A DNA stretch of 64,000 nucleotides from an uncultured delta proteobacterium (GTDB lineage Bacteria; Myxococcota_A; Polyangia; Fen-1088). The position numbers and the translations under genes were made by a program. The notes under the pieces were generated by a model, which saw nothing but the letters and a program-made list of their open reading frames with translations, was not told the origin of the DNA and did not search any database. Within the stretch, counting starts at the first letter, position 1; each line of letters begins with the position of its first letter. Location: contig CAWCMR010000013.1 in NCBI GenBank assembly GCA_963796685.1, positions 256,001-320,000 on the forward strand, in the 5' to 3' direction. Below, piece by piece: positions 52,842 through 61,883 of this stretch.

Positions 52842-53168
52842 TTACGGGGCCGCCGGCTTGCCGCACACCGAGCAACGGTTGTCCTCGCCAATCACGCCAA
52901 TACAGGCCTCGTCACCGCAGAGGCGTCGGTTCGGGTCGAATCCGGAGGCCGCATTCTCCTCGGCAGGGACTTCGTTGGCTTCGATAAGGGGTTCCTCGGA
53001 CGTGTCGCCAGCGGGTGCGGTCGAGGATGTCGACGCGCTGGCGACGGCATCGCTCGTTCCGCAAATCGTGCACTTGCCGTCGTCACCGATGATGCCCACG
53101 CAACTGCCATCGGGACAGAGCCGGCGTCGCGGGTTGAAGGTCGAATTGTCGTCGTTTTCCGATGCCAT
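52842..53168 (-). CDS. Small protein with two duplicated four-Cys (putative Zn-binding) motifs
   Basis: FNPRRRLCPDGSCVGIIGDDGKCTICG and FDPNRRLCGDEACIGVIGEDNRCSVCG joined by an acidic linker. Confidence 0.85.
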   Translation of the reverse strand: MASENDDNSTFNPRRRLCPDGSCVGIIGDDGKCTICGTSDAVASASTSSTAPAGDTSEEPLIEANEVPAEENAASGFDPNRRLCGDEACIGVIGEDNRCSVCGKPAAP

Positions 53169-53251
53169 GCTTTAGGGACCTCTTGAGGCCAAGGTTGGGT
53201 CGCTGTTCGTGTCCGTGCCCTCGAATCGTCATGATCGCATCGCGGGCCGAG

Positions 53252-53581
53252 TTAGCCAAGGGGTCCAACGCGAGTTCGGATGTCGGTGACCGTCCCGGGT
53301 GGAAGCAAGACGGCCATGCGCTGCAGAATCTCGCCGCGCAGGAGGGTGAGATGGTGAGCGATGGCGAAGCTCGAAACGCGCACGAACAGAGTCCCGTCGC
53401 GCAGGGCGTCGGGACGGGTGTGCTTGCGAAGGAAATCGCCACCGATATCTGCATACACGGCGAAGACCCGGTGTTCGCGTCCGCGCCAACTTCCTCCGAT
53501 GTCGCCGACCACTGCGGAAACCAACGCCGAGGCCGGCTCGGGCTCGCTCTTGCGGCGGCGAGGTCGCGGATGGGAGGGCAC
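53252..53581 (-). CDS. DUF721 / DciA family protein
   Basis: HTRPDALRDGTLFVRVSS..HHL...ILQRM..DIRTRVG pattern. Confidence 0.8.
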   Translation of the reverse strand: MPSHPRPRRRKSEPEPASALVSAVVGDIGGSWRGREHRVFAVYADIGGDFLRKHTRPDALRDGTLFVRVSSFAIAHHLTLLRGEILQRMAVLLPPGTVTDIRTRVGPLG

Positions 53582-53692
53582 GGCCGCAACGTATACCCCA
53601 GTGCCAACACGGAGGACACAGAGAACTCGGAGACTGTTCCCACGGGGACGCTAGGGTTGGCAAGCGCGGCGGTTGGGCGGTATCGTGGCTCC

Positions 53693-54094
53693 ATGCCAGT
53701 CGAAATCGTCGCAACGGACGCCGCGCCCAAGGCCATTGGTCCCTATTCGCAGGCAGTGATCGCACCCGCTGGCCGGCTGCTCTTCTGTTCGGGCCAGCTT
53801 CCCATCGACCCTCGGACCGGGGAGTTGGCCGGCGCCGGAGACATCCACCTACAAACCCACCGCGTGATGAAGAATCTCGAAGCCGTCTTGCAAGCGGCGG
53901 GCGCCTCGTTCGCCGACATGGTCAAGAGCACCATCTACCTGGTGGACCTGGCCAACTTCGCTGCGGTGAATGAGATCTATGCAGCCTACTTTACTGGCGC
54001 GCCGCCGCCGGCGCGCGCGACGGTCCAGGTGGCCGCGCTTCCACGGGGCGCGCAGGTTGAAATCGACGCTATCGTGGTGCTCCAGCCAGCATGA
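53693..54094 (+). CDS. ridA: RidA family (YjgF/UK114) deaminase
   Basis: APKAIGPYSQA, SGQLP, NEIY, PARATVQVAALP, VEIDA. Confidence 0.95.
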   Translation: MPVEIVATDAAPKAIGPYSQAVIAPAGRLLFCSGQLPIDPRTGELAGAGDIHLQTHRVMKNLEAVLQAAGASFADMVKSTIYLVDLANFAAVNEIYAAYFTGAPPPARATVQVAALPRGAQVEIDAIVVLQPA

Positions 54095-54214
54095 TTCACC
54101 ACGATCGGATTGCCAACGAGCATGCTCGAACAGACCGCCGGAGACGGCGGGCTGGGTCGATGGTCGTTCGAGCCTTGGCCAGACGGGAGGTGGCCCTATG
54201 TCGCGAGTCGCCGG

Positions 54215-54406
54215 TCAGACGACCTTGGCGACCTTGCCGGAGCGCAGGCATCGCGTACAAACACGGATGTGCTTGCGCGATCCTCCGGCCTGGATATGCA
54301 CCCGTTGCAGGTTGGGCCGCTGGATGCTCTTGGTCTTGATGTTCGAGTGGCTAACTCGGTTGGCCACTTGTCGCTGTTTGCCGCAAATTTCACACTGCGC
54401 TGGCAT
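54215..54406 (-). CDS. rpmB: 50S ribosomal protein L28 (Zn-ribbon C+ form)
   Basis: CEICGK..NRVSHS..PNLQ..VCTRCLRSG; GGAG RBS. Confidence 0.96.
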   Translation of the reverse strand: MPAQCEICGKQRQVANRVSHSNIKTKSIQRPNLQRVHIQAGGSRKHIRVCTRCLRSGKVAKVV

Positions 54407-54442
54407 GGGTTCTCCGAAGGGGGCTAGCATTAGCACCTGTTG

Positions 54443-56002
54443 ATGCTGTCCGCAAGCGCGCATTCAAGGCTATCGGTGGCGATCCTGGGATTGGTCGCCT
54501 GCCTCGCGTCGGGATGTCGGCACAAGGCGTCGCCGGCGCGGACGTCAGCGCCGTCCGCTGACGGCAACCGAGGTCTCCCGCGAGCGCGGGAATCGGCGCC
54601 GGTCAACCTCGCGGGCGTGGTGCGGGACAGGCGGGGGACACCTTTGCCCGATGTCCTGGTGATTGCCTGGCCCAAGGGAAGACGAGGCCAGTTGGTTGCG
54701 CAAGCGCGCACCGGTGACGATGGCCACTTTGTGCTTCCTGGTTTGCGGCCGGACCGCTGGAAGCTGCTCGTGGAAGCGGCTGGGCTCGGTACGCTCGAGA
54801 CGGAGCGCCAGGTGCCCGAGGACGGAACCCCTGTGCTCATGCTGGAAGGTGAGAGCCGGACGCTCACGGGCGTGGTCACCGATGGGGCCAACCGACGGCA
54901 ACTCGGCGCTCGAGTGACCTTGGGCGGTCCAGGCCTCCGCTGGACGCGAGTGGCCGACACCGATGCCAACGGAATCTTCAGCGTGAAGGGGCTGGGCAAT
55001 GGACGATTCACTCTTCGCGCCACGCAGGGAACGCGGGCTTCGCCGCCTGAGGTCGTGGTCCTGGAGGAGGCGCTCGCGCGGCCGCCGCACGTTCGATTGT
55101 CGCTTCAGCCCGGCGCATTCGTGGAAGGCAGGGTCTTGGACGACACAGGAAGGGCGCTTGTCGGCGCGACGGTCGATGTGATGGCCATGCCGTCCGACGA
55201 CTTGCCGGTGTCGGGCCAATCCGGTCGCGACGGACGCTACCGGCTTGGCCCCGTTGCCCCCGGCAAGTATCAGGTGCTGGCCAGGTTGGACGACTATGTG
55301 CTCTTGGATGCCCCCGAGCCGCAACTGGGCGCGCGGGAGAGGGCAGCGCTCGACCTGCACCTGGCGCGCACGGCCAGGGTTGCGGGTCGGGTGGTCGACG
55401 AGGGCGGTCGTCCCATGGTCGGCGTCCAGGTGTCTGCAATTTCCTTGATCGGCGGCCACGACAATCTGGTGGTGATTCCAGGCGCGCTTCCGCTGGCCGC
55501 CGAGGCGGCCGAGTTGCCGGTGGGCCGCTTGCTTCGTCCAGGGGGGCTTCGTTCCAGTCCGACGGACAAGGCCGGGCGATTCGATATCGCCGGGCTTTCG
55601 CCGGGCCGCGCGCGCATCGAGATCCTCGCCGCGAACGAGCTTCCCTTTCGCTATGAGCCCTTGCTGCTTGCCCCGGGCGACGTGCGCGACGTGGGCAATC
55701 TGACCCTGCTTGCCGGTGCCACCTTGGCGGGCAAGGTGCTCGACGACGTGGGCCAACCTGCCACCGGAGCCGTGGTCGAGGTCCGTCTCGCAGGAAGGCC
55801 GGCGCGACCTCCGATCCGGACGACCGCGGATAGCCGCGGCGAGTTCTTCATGCGGGTTCCCCCGGGCCACTACGCCCTCACCGCCCAGACCGAGAGCTTG
55901 GTCTCGGCGGCCCCGCTTTCGATCCAGGCCCGGACGGATGCGTCGACCGATTCCTGCTTGGTGAGGCTCGCGCCGCGACCGCCCAAGGCGCTAAGGCGAT
56001 GA
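54443..56002 (+). CDS. Lipoprotein with tandem carboxypeptidase-regulatory-like domains
   Basis: Lipobox ASGC; about five repeats GxVxDxxGxP..TDxxGxF..L.PG.Y. Confidence 0.85.
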   Translation: MLSASAHSRLSVAILGLVACLASGCRHKASPARTSAPSADGNRGLPRARESAPVNLAGVVRDRRGTPLPDVLVIAWPKGRRGQLVAQARTGDDGHFVLPGLRPDRWKLLVEAAGLGTLETERQVPEDGTPVLMLEGESRTLTGVVTDGANRRQLGARVTLGGPGLRWTRVADTDANGIFSVKGLGNGRFTLRATQGTRASPPEVVVLEEALARPPHVRLSLQPGAFVEGRVLDDTGRALVGATVDVMAMPSDDLPVSGQSGRDGRYRLGPVAPGKYQVLARLDDYVLLDAPEPQLGARERAALDLHLARTARVAGRVVDEGGRPMVGVQVSAISLIGGHDNLVVIPGALPLAAEAAELPVGRLLRPGGLRSSPTDKAGRFDIAGLSPGRARIEILAANELPFRYEPLLLAPGDVRDVGNLTLLAGATLAGKVLDDVGQPATGAVVEVRLAGRPARPPIRTTADSRGEFFMRVPPGHYALTAQTESLVSAAPLSIQARTDASTDSCLVRLAPRPPKALRR

Positions 56003-56965
56003 AACCCTGACGTCGTCGAAGACGGCGAGCGCGCCGCCGTAGACGCCCAGCGCGACGGTGCCTAGATCTCCATTGAGAGAATTGCTGGTATCGGTCGCTG
56101 CGGTCAGCAACTTGCCGTCCAAGTAGCCCTCGACCACGACATTGTCGGCGGCACCGGTCACCCTGATCTTCAGATCGTGCCACTCATTCTCGTTGACGGA
56201 AACGTTGGCCAAGGTTCCGAAGGCGGCAGCATTCCTGCGCAGCCCCAACTTGCCGTCGCCGCTCAAGGCCACGGCGTAGAAATGCGACAGATCCTGATAG
56301 CGGGCGTAGAGCACGACGCGATTCGTGCTGGTGTATTGGCCAAAGGAAGTCACCATCACCCTCGCTTCCGCGGTCATGTCCTGCCAAGCACCCGGTGAGA
56401 AACTGGCGATGCTGGAAATCGGGGTCGTTGGACCAAAGACCGCGTTCGTGTCGGCGTCGCCATTTTTCGAAGCGACCTCCCAGGACCCTCCGGTTACGGT
56501 CCACTGGGAGTCACCCTCGTCGAACCCGTCGCAGAGCTCGTAGTCGGCCCCCACGCACGGATCGGTCCCCTCGTCGCCACCGCCATCGACAGCCGGAACA
56601 AGGGGCACATCGACACTCGCCTGGTCCTTGCTCGCTTGGTCTTTGCTGTCCATTCCGTCGAGGCCGGCTACAGCGTCCATCGCCTCGGTGATCGTCGCGC
56701 CCTCACCGCCAGCGGGCGCATCCTTGGTCGCGCTCCGACCATCGCCGCCCGAAGCGTTGGTAGTGGGGGCATCCAGGACGATCGCGTCGATGCCAGGGCT
56801 CGCATCCATGCCACCTGAACCACCCGTGCCATTCACCACCGCGGGCGTGCGCCGAACGACGTCTGCCTCGCCGAGCTGACAGCCGAAAGCCGCGGCCAGA
56901 GCTCCAAGACCGGCCATGGCCAGCAAGTTGCGTGCGAACGAACTGGGGGGAAGGACCGTACTCAT
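55991..56965 (-). CDS. Lipoprotein with DAG-rich linker and ConA-like/DUF1080-type beta-sandwich
   Basis: Lipobox FGC; W..GSW, D.TAEARV, WHDLKIRV.G, YLDGK, GTVAL, FDDVRV. Confidence 0.78.
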   Translation of the reverse strand: MSTVLPPSSFARNLLAMAGLGALAAAFGCQLGEADVVRRTPAVVNGTGGSGGMDASPGIDAIVLDAPTTNASGGDGRSATKDAPAGGEGATITEAMDAVAGLDGMDSKDQASKDQASVDVPLVPAVDGGGDEGTDPCVGADYELCDGFDEGDSQWTVTGGSWEVASKNGDADTNAVFGPTTPISSIASFSPGAWQDMTAEARVMVTSFGQYTSTNRVVLYARYQDLSHFYAVALSGDGKLGLRRNAAAFGTLANVSVNENEWHDLKIRVTGAADNVVVEGYLDGKLLTAATDTSNSLNGDLGTVALGVYGGALAVFDDVRVSSP

Positions 56966-57013
56966 GGCAAAGACGCGTCGCTGTCCGCCCAACTATAGCT
57001 CCGGGTGGGAGCC

Positions 57014-57955
57014 TTATCCAACCTTCAGGCGTCCGCGCCGTCCGCGTAGGCAGGCCAGCGCGAGCGCCAGAAGACACCCCAATCCGCTCAGGATGGCCGT
57101 TGTCCGGGGGTGATCGTGCCTGGTGGTCGAGAGAACGCTGCAACCCCCATCCGACGGCACAGCCGGGCAGACGTCATACAAGTGGGGATAGATCTCGCAA
57201 ATGCCTTGTTCGTCGTCGGTGGTGAGCGTACGCCTGAGTGTGTCGGTCAGCATGACGGAAGGATACATGGTCGCTTCGGCCACGGCGTCCGGGGGCGTGG
57301 GACTGTAGCAATCGACCTCGGGCGCACCGGTGTTGTCATTGAGCCGATCTTGCAGATCGCTGTTGGCGTAGCAATTGTGGTCGAGGCCAAGGACATGGCC
57401 AAGCTCGTGGGTCAAGGCATTCTGAAAGTCGGCGGTCGTCGAGGTGGCAAGCGCCGGTTGCCCCACGAGGTCTCCCCAGGAGTAGTCCACCGCATTGAGC
57501 TCGATGTCGGCGTCCAGGATTTCTCCGGTCTTCGAGTTCTTGAACAGCGAGGTGACCGCGAGCGCACTCGACGAGAAGCACTGAGGTTCGGGGATCCCTG
57601 CATCGTCGACCGGCGTGGGCTGGCGGCACCAGGTTTCTTTCCGGAAGACGATGACGTTCTTGTGGTCGTTGCCGACATCGGCGGAGGGCTCGGTTTCGGC
57701 CATCATGGCGAGTCGGATGTCCGTACATGCCAGGGCGGGATAGCTCCACGCGGCCGCCGCCTGCGTGCTTGCCGCGAAGAAGTCGTCCTCCGTCAGCACG
57801 GGCGGCGGCGAGCCCAGGTAGATGCGCATGGTTTGGCATGGGTAGCGCCAGGCCACCGGAACGCCCGAGCTCGTCACTTCCCGGACGTAGGCCCGCGCGG
57901 TCCCGGTCGCCAGGGTCGCGAAGCCGAAAAACAGGGCAAGTGCGCGCACCAGCAT
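57014..57955 (-). CDS. Matrixin-like (metzincin) metallopeptidase with MYXO-CTERM-type tail
   Basis: Signal peptide; DADIELN; HELGHVLGLDH; Met-turn ATMYP; GGCS + TM + Arg cluster. Confidence 0.9.
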   Translation of the reverse strand: MLVRALALFFGFATLATGTARAYVREVTSSGVPVAWRYPCQTMRIYLGSPPPVLTEDDFFAASTQAAAAWSYPALACTDIRLAMMAETEPSADVGNDHKNVIVFRKETWCRQPTPVDDAGIPEPQCFSSSALAVTSLFKNSKTGEILDADIELNAVDYSWGDLVGQPALATSTTADFQNALTHELGHVLGLDHNCYANSDLQDRLNDNTGAPEVDCYSPTPPDAVAEATMYPSVMLTDTLRRTLTTDDEQGICEIYPHLYDVCPAVPSDGGCSVLSTTRHDHPRTTAILSGLGCLLALALACLRGRRGRLKVG

Positions 57956-57959
57956 CGTC

Positions 57960-58514
57960 TCAGTTCCTGACCAATGCACGGACCCGTTCGCGCAGCCCAT
58001 CCAGAGCTTCCGAGTGGTCGAGCCCGGAAACGTGCGGGCGTCCGTGCGCATCCACGTCGAGAACGCCAGCGCGATCGGGTGCATCGACCAGCCATCGTCG
58101 GTCCTGGGCATCCCAGCGCAAACCACGCTTGCCTTGGCTCATGCCCACGACGCGGGCTCCGTGCAGAAACAGCAAGGAGCGCTCGCCGGCGGTGAAGCGC
58201 GCCATTCCGTAGACCGTCATCTCGATTTCCCCCACGGACCCGCCAAGCTGGCGAATCGTGAGGATGCCATCATTCGGCGGCGCGCCTTTCCAGCTCTCTT
58301 GGACGCGGATATCGATGGTCGTATAGATATTGAGGTGCGCAGCGTCCCAGGCGCTCCGGGTGGAGAGCACCTCGCCGACCACGATCTGCTCGGCGGCGGC
58401 TGTCAGCTCCGCCAACCCCATCGTGCGCATCAACGTGGCCCTCGCCACGGGCAAGCCGGCCACCAAGCAGGTCGCCGCGGCCAGGGATGGAATCAGGCGG
58501 CAAGCACGTACCAT
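57960..58514 (-). CDS. Secreted protein encoded just upstream of the matrixin gene
   Basis: Signal ARA; LAEL..AEQIVVGEV, V.E..KG, GG.VG, F..GERSLLFL, GMSQGK. Confidence 0.8.
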   Translation of the reverse strand: MVRACRLIPSLAAATCLVAGLPVARATLMRTMGLAELTAAAEQIVVGEVLSTRSAWDAAHLNIYTTIDIRVQESWKGAPPNDGILTIRQLGGSVGEIEMTVYGMARFTAGERSLLFLHGARVVGMSQGKRGLRWDAQDRRWLVDAPDRAGVLDVDAHGRPHVSGLDHSEALDGLRERVRALVRN

Positions 58515-58533
58515 TCCACCGCCAAGACTACCA

Positions 58534-60585
58534 CTAGCGGGCGCCGCGCGTGCCGACATCCTGGCTCAGGTCGCGCAGGACGAGCTTACTCGCGCGTGCC
58601 GCGGCCAACTCCTCCGCCGACAATCGACCGCGACGTTTCATCATCCCGAGAAGATCGTACAGGCGCTGCTGCCAGCCCTCATCGACCTGCCCATCGCGAA
58701 AGCGCCTGGCCAGCACGTGCGGGTTCGGGGTCAGGGCTGCCAGATGGGCGGATTCCAGCGGCGTCAGCTCGGCTACATCCTTGCCAAAGTAGACGCGCGC
58801 GGCCTCCTTTACGCCACGGATTCCGGGGCCGAGCTCGATGATGTTGAGATAGAGCTCGAGCACGCGATCCTTGCTGAGCAGTTTTTGCAGCCTCCAGGTC
58901 AGCACGGCTTCTTCCAGCTTTCTGGCCAGGGTCCGCCGGTGGGTGAGGAAGAGATTCTTCGCCAGTTGCTGGGTGATGGTGCTGGCGCCTCGGTCGAAAG
59001 ATCGGTTTTCCAGATCTTGAGCCAGTGCGTGCCTGATCATGTCCATGTCGAAACCATGGTGGTGGAAGAACTTGCCGTCCTCGGATGTCAGGAAGGCGGA
59101 CGGCAAGTGCTTGGGCATCTGCGCCAGGGGAACGAAGTCGGGGTGGATCGAGCCGAGGGGCAAGGCGATTGGGGCCTGATCCTTTGCCTTGGGGCGCAGC
59201 AGACTGGGGAGAAGGGAGGCGAGCGCCGTGGCCTCGTGCTTGACTTGACACAGAGGCGTCACATCGACATCCAGGCCGAGGCTCTCCCATGCGCGGGCAT
59301 CGAATTCCACGGCTACCCTGAAGCCCAGCTTGCCGTCCACCTCGAGACCGGACAGCGCTTGCTTTACCGGGGCTGGCTGCGCCGACAGAAGCGAGGCACA
59401 GGACAGCGGTGCGTGCAGGGGTGTGGAAAGAACCAGGGATCCACGCGGCGCATGCGAGGCTTCGATCCAACCCGAAAGGGACAAGGGAGCGGAGAACACC
59501 CGCAATTCACCGCTTTGGATGTCGACGCGGCCGGTGGCCAGATCGGCGTGTCCGCGTAAATGAAGCGCCCCGGCCTGGTTGCGCCAGGGCAGGACATCGA
59601 CCGCGGGGTGCATGATGTCGACCCCGGCAACCTTTCCGTCAAGGTCGAAGTCGGACATCCCGTGGTCCACCGTGATGGATGCGTGCAAGGAGGCTTTGGC
59701 GTTGTCCAGGCCAACGGCGTGCCTTGCGCTCGCTACACCGAGCGCGCGCAGCGGCACGTCGTGCACGTCCATGGCGAGATCCAGCGTGCCTGGCTGCCAA
59801 TGTCCGGCGAGCAGCACCTGCTTGGCGGGGAGAGCCCGGCGCTGGACTTGGAGGTCGGCCTTGCCCGCGCCTAGGGCTGCCGTAACGGCCAGGTTTTCGA
59901 GCAGCGTTCCTCCCCCTGGGATCTCGATGGACACGTCGCCACCGCTGGCAAGGTGTAACCCCTGTCGGTCGTATTCGCTGGAAAGCACCGGCACCCGCAA
60001 CGAGCCCCAGCCCTCGGCATCGACAACCAAACGCTCGATCGTCGATGTAACGGTCCCATCGCAGCCTCGTTCGAATTTTGCTTGTGGAACCCGAAATTCG
60101 ATGCGGGGAAGGTTGGCCAAGGCCACGCTGCCGCGCAGATGCACGTTGCCGGCGACGATCTTGGGGATGGCGCCAGCGCCAGTGCTACGGGCAGCGGTGG
60201 GTCCTCGTCGGATGGGCTGACCCGGGACACGCAGGTTGTCGCCGGTGGCGGTTCCCAGGTACTCGATGTCCAGACCGTCGATGACGATCTCCGCTGGACT
60301 GAAGAGCCCACCGGGGCCGTGCAAGCGCACCACGACCTGTTCGGCGCGGGCCAAGGTCTGCGAGTCGAACGGTGGTGTCCCGGCGATGCGAACGTCGCGC
60401 AGAACGATTTCGAGCCGATGGTTGAGCCCGACCCCACCGATGCTCGCGCCATGTCCGGTAAGCTGCTCCAGTCGTCGGCGGACGATGGCGGGTGCCTTCC
60501 ACTGCCACAGCAGCGCGGCGGACGCGCACGCGAACACCAGGGCAAGAGAGCCGAGAACGAGAATGAGTCGACGCCGAACCGACAA
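58534..60585 (-). CDS. Monofunctional peptidoglycan transglycosylase (GT51) with long beta-rich N-terminal region
   Basis: SEDGKFFHHHGFD, GASTITQQLAKNLF, RKLEE, LELYLN; N-terminal TM; no transpeptidase domain. Confidence 0.9.
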   Translation of the reverse strand: MSVRRRLILVLGSLALVFACASAALLWQWKAPAIVRRRLEQLTGHGASIGGVGLNHRLEIVLRDVRIAGTPPFDSQTLARAEQVVVRLHGPGGLFSPAEIVIDGLDIEYLGTATGDNLRVPGQPIRRGPTAARSTGAGAIPKIVAGNVHLRGSVALANLPRIEFRVPQAKFERGCDGTVTSTIERLVVDAEGWGSLRVPVLSSEYDRQGLHLASGGDVSIEIPGGGTLLENLAVTAALGAGKADLQVQRRALPAKQVLLAGHWQPGTLDLAMDVHDVPLRALGVASARHAVGLDNAKASLHASITVDHGMSDFDLDGKVAGVDIMHPAVDVLPWRNQAGALHLRGHADLATGRVDIQSGELRVFSAPLSLSGWIEASHAPRGSLVLSTPLHAPLSCASLLSAQPAPVKQALSGLEVDGKLGFRVAVEFDARAWESLGLDVDVTPLCQVKHEATALASLLPSLLRPKAKDQAPIALPLGSIHPDFVPLAQMPKHLPSAFLTSEDGKFFHHHGFDMDMIRHALAQDLENRSFDRGASTITQQLAKNLFLTHRRTLARKLEEAVLTWRLQKLLSKDRVLELYLNIIELGPGIRGVKEAARVYFGKDVAELTPLESAHLAALTPNPHVLARRFRDGQVDEGWQQRLYDLLGMMKRRGRLSAEELAAARASKLVLRDLSQDVGTRGAR

Positions 60586-60772
60586 GGCAACTCATCGTAG
60601 CACTACCACACCGAATTCGGACCGAGCCATCGCATCGCGAGAAGCCCCTTTCGCAACGACGCGGTTTCACCCGGCGAAGCGTGTTTAGCCGCCGCTCAAA
60701 GATAACTTTGGCAGGCCCGCGGCCGATTTATCCCGGCCGCACTCTTTGCACAAGTTATCTTTTCGCGGCTCC

Positions 60773-61795
60773 TTAGTGCGCTTCGGGCACGGCGGTGGCG
60801 CGCCGATCGGGGCCTTCGAACGGGGACTGGTACACGCGGCGGTTGCTGTGGCGTCCGTGCGCGCGCAGGCGGGCGCCGCGCAGGATTTCTTCGATGAAGT
60901 CGCCATACTCGAGGCCGGATTGGCTGGCGATGATGGGCAGCGGGCTGGTGGGCAGGAGAAGGGGGGAGGTGTCGATATCCACGATGGTCTCGTTGAGCCG
61001 CTCGCTGACCAGCATTTCCACACACGCCGGTCCCTCGCAGCCCAGGGCATCGTAGGCTTGCGTCGCCAGACGCAGCACCGAGTCGTGCCGCTCTCGCGAG
61101 AGCCGGATGGGCGCACACGACTCCTGTCCGCGCATCCCGACCGAGCGTAGGCCCGCCCAGGAGGCAATCCGCGGTACCTCGACGATACCCAGCGCAACGC
61201 CGTCGAGGATCCCCACCGAAACCGGGCGCCCCTGAATGAACCTTTCCACCAGCGCGCAGTCCTCCAAGCGAAAGACGTCGTCGAGGGCGCTTTCCAGCTC
61301 CATCTCGTCGCGCGCCAGGGTGCCTCCCCAAAGCAGCGAGGCGCTCACCGGGCGCACCACGGCGGGAAATCCGAACGAGCCGTGCCTGTCGGTCAGATCG
61401 CCCTCGTGCTCACTATGCAGAACGTAACCAGGGGCCACCGGCAGATTGAACAGGCGCAGGATGTCCTTGGTCTTGGCGCGATTCATGGCCAAGCCGCAGG
61501 CGAGCACCGCCGAGCCCGTGTAGGGGATGCCATGCAGTTCCAGCAGCCCTTGCAGGCAGCCGTCGGCGCTGTAGCGTCCGCGCACCGCCAGGAAGGCGAC
61601 GTCGATCTTGGTTTGTCTCAGCGCCACGTCGATGTCGCGGTCGACGAACATGCAGCGGGTTTCGTGCCCCATCTGCCGCAAGGCCGTGGCCACGGCCTCC
61701 CCGGCGCGAATAGAAGCGTCCCGTTCAACCGACAGCCCGCCCAGGAGGACACCGATCTTCTTGCTGGAGCTGCATTCACCACCGGTACCTTTCAT
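60773..61795 (-). CDS. D-Ala-D-Ala ligase-like ATP-grasp protein with degenerate active site
   Basis: IGVLLGGLSVER, QGLLELHGIPYTGS, LVERFIQG conserved; catalytic motifs altered. Confidence 0.85.
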   Translation of the reverse strand: MKGTGGECSSSKKIGVLLGGLSVERDASIRAGEAVATALRQMGHETRCMFVDRDIDVALRQTKIDVAFLAVRGRYSADGCLQGLLELHGIPYTGSAVLACGLAMNRAKTKDILRLFNLPVAPGYVLHSEHEGDLTDRHGSFGFPAVVRPVSASLLWGGTLARDEMELESALDDVFRLEDCALVERFIQGRPVSVGILDGVALGIVEVPRIASWAGLRSVGMRGQESCAPIRLSRERHDSVLRLATQAYDALGCEGPACVEMLVSERLNETIVDIDTSPLLLPTSPLPIIASQSGLEYGDFIEEILRGARLRAHGRHSNRRVYQSPFEGPDRRATAVPEAH

Positions 61796-61883
61796 CCGGG
61801 TCGACGTCAAAAAAACGCTCCAAACCGGCTTCAGCGCCGCTCTTCTCCCATGAACGGGCGGTTTGTGGTAAAGAAACGGCTCC

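Noticed and set aside
53162-53692. N-terminal extension of RidA (310-aa ORF)
   Set aside because: Antisense to the DUF721 gene; RidA similarity starts at ATG 53693.
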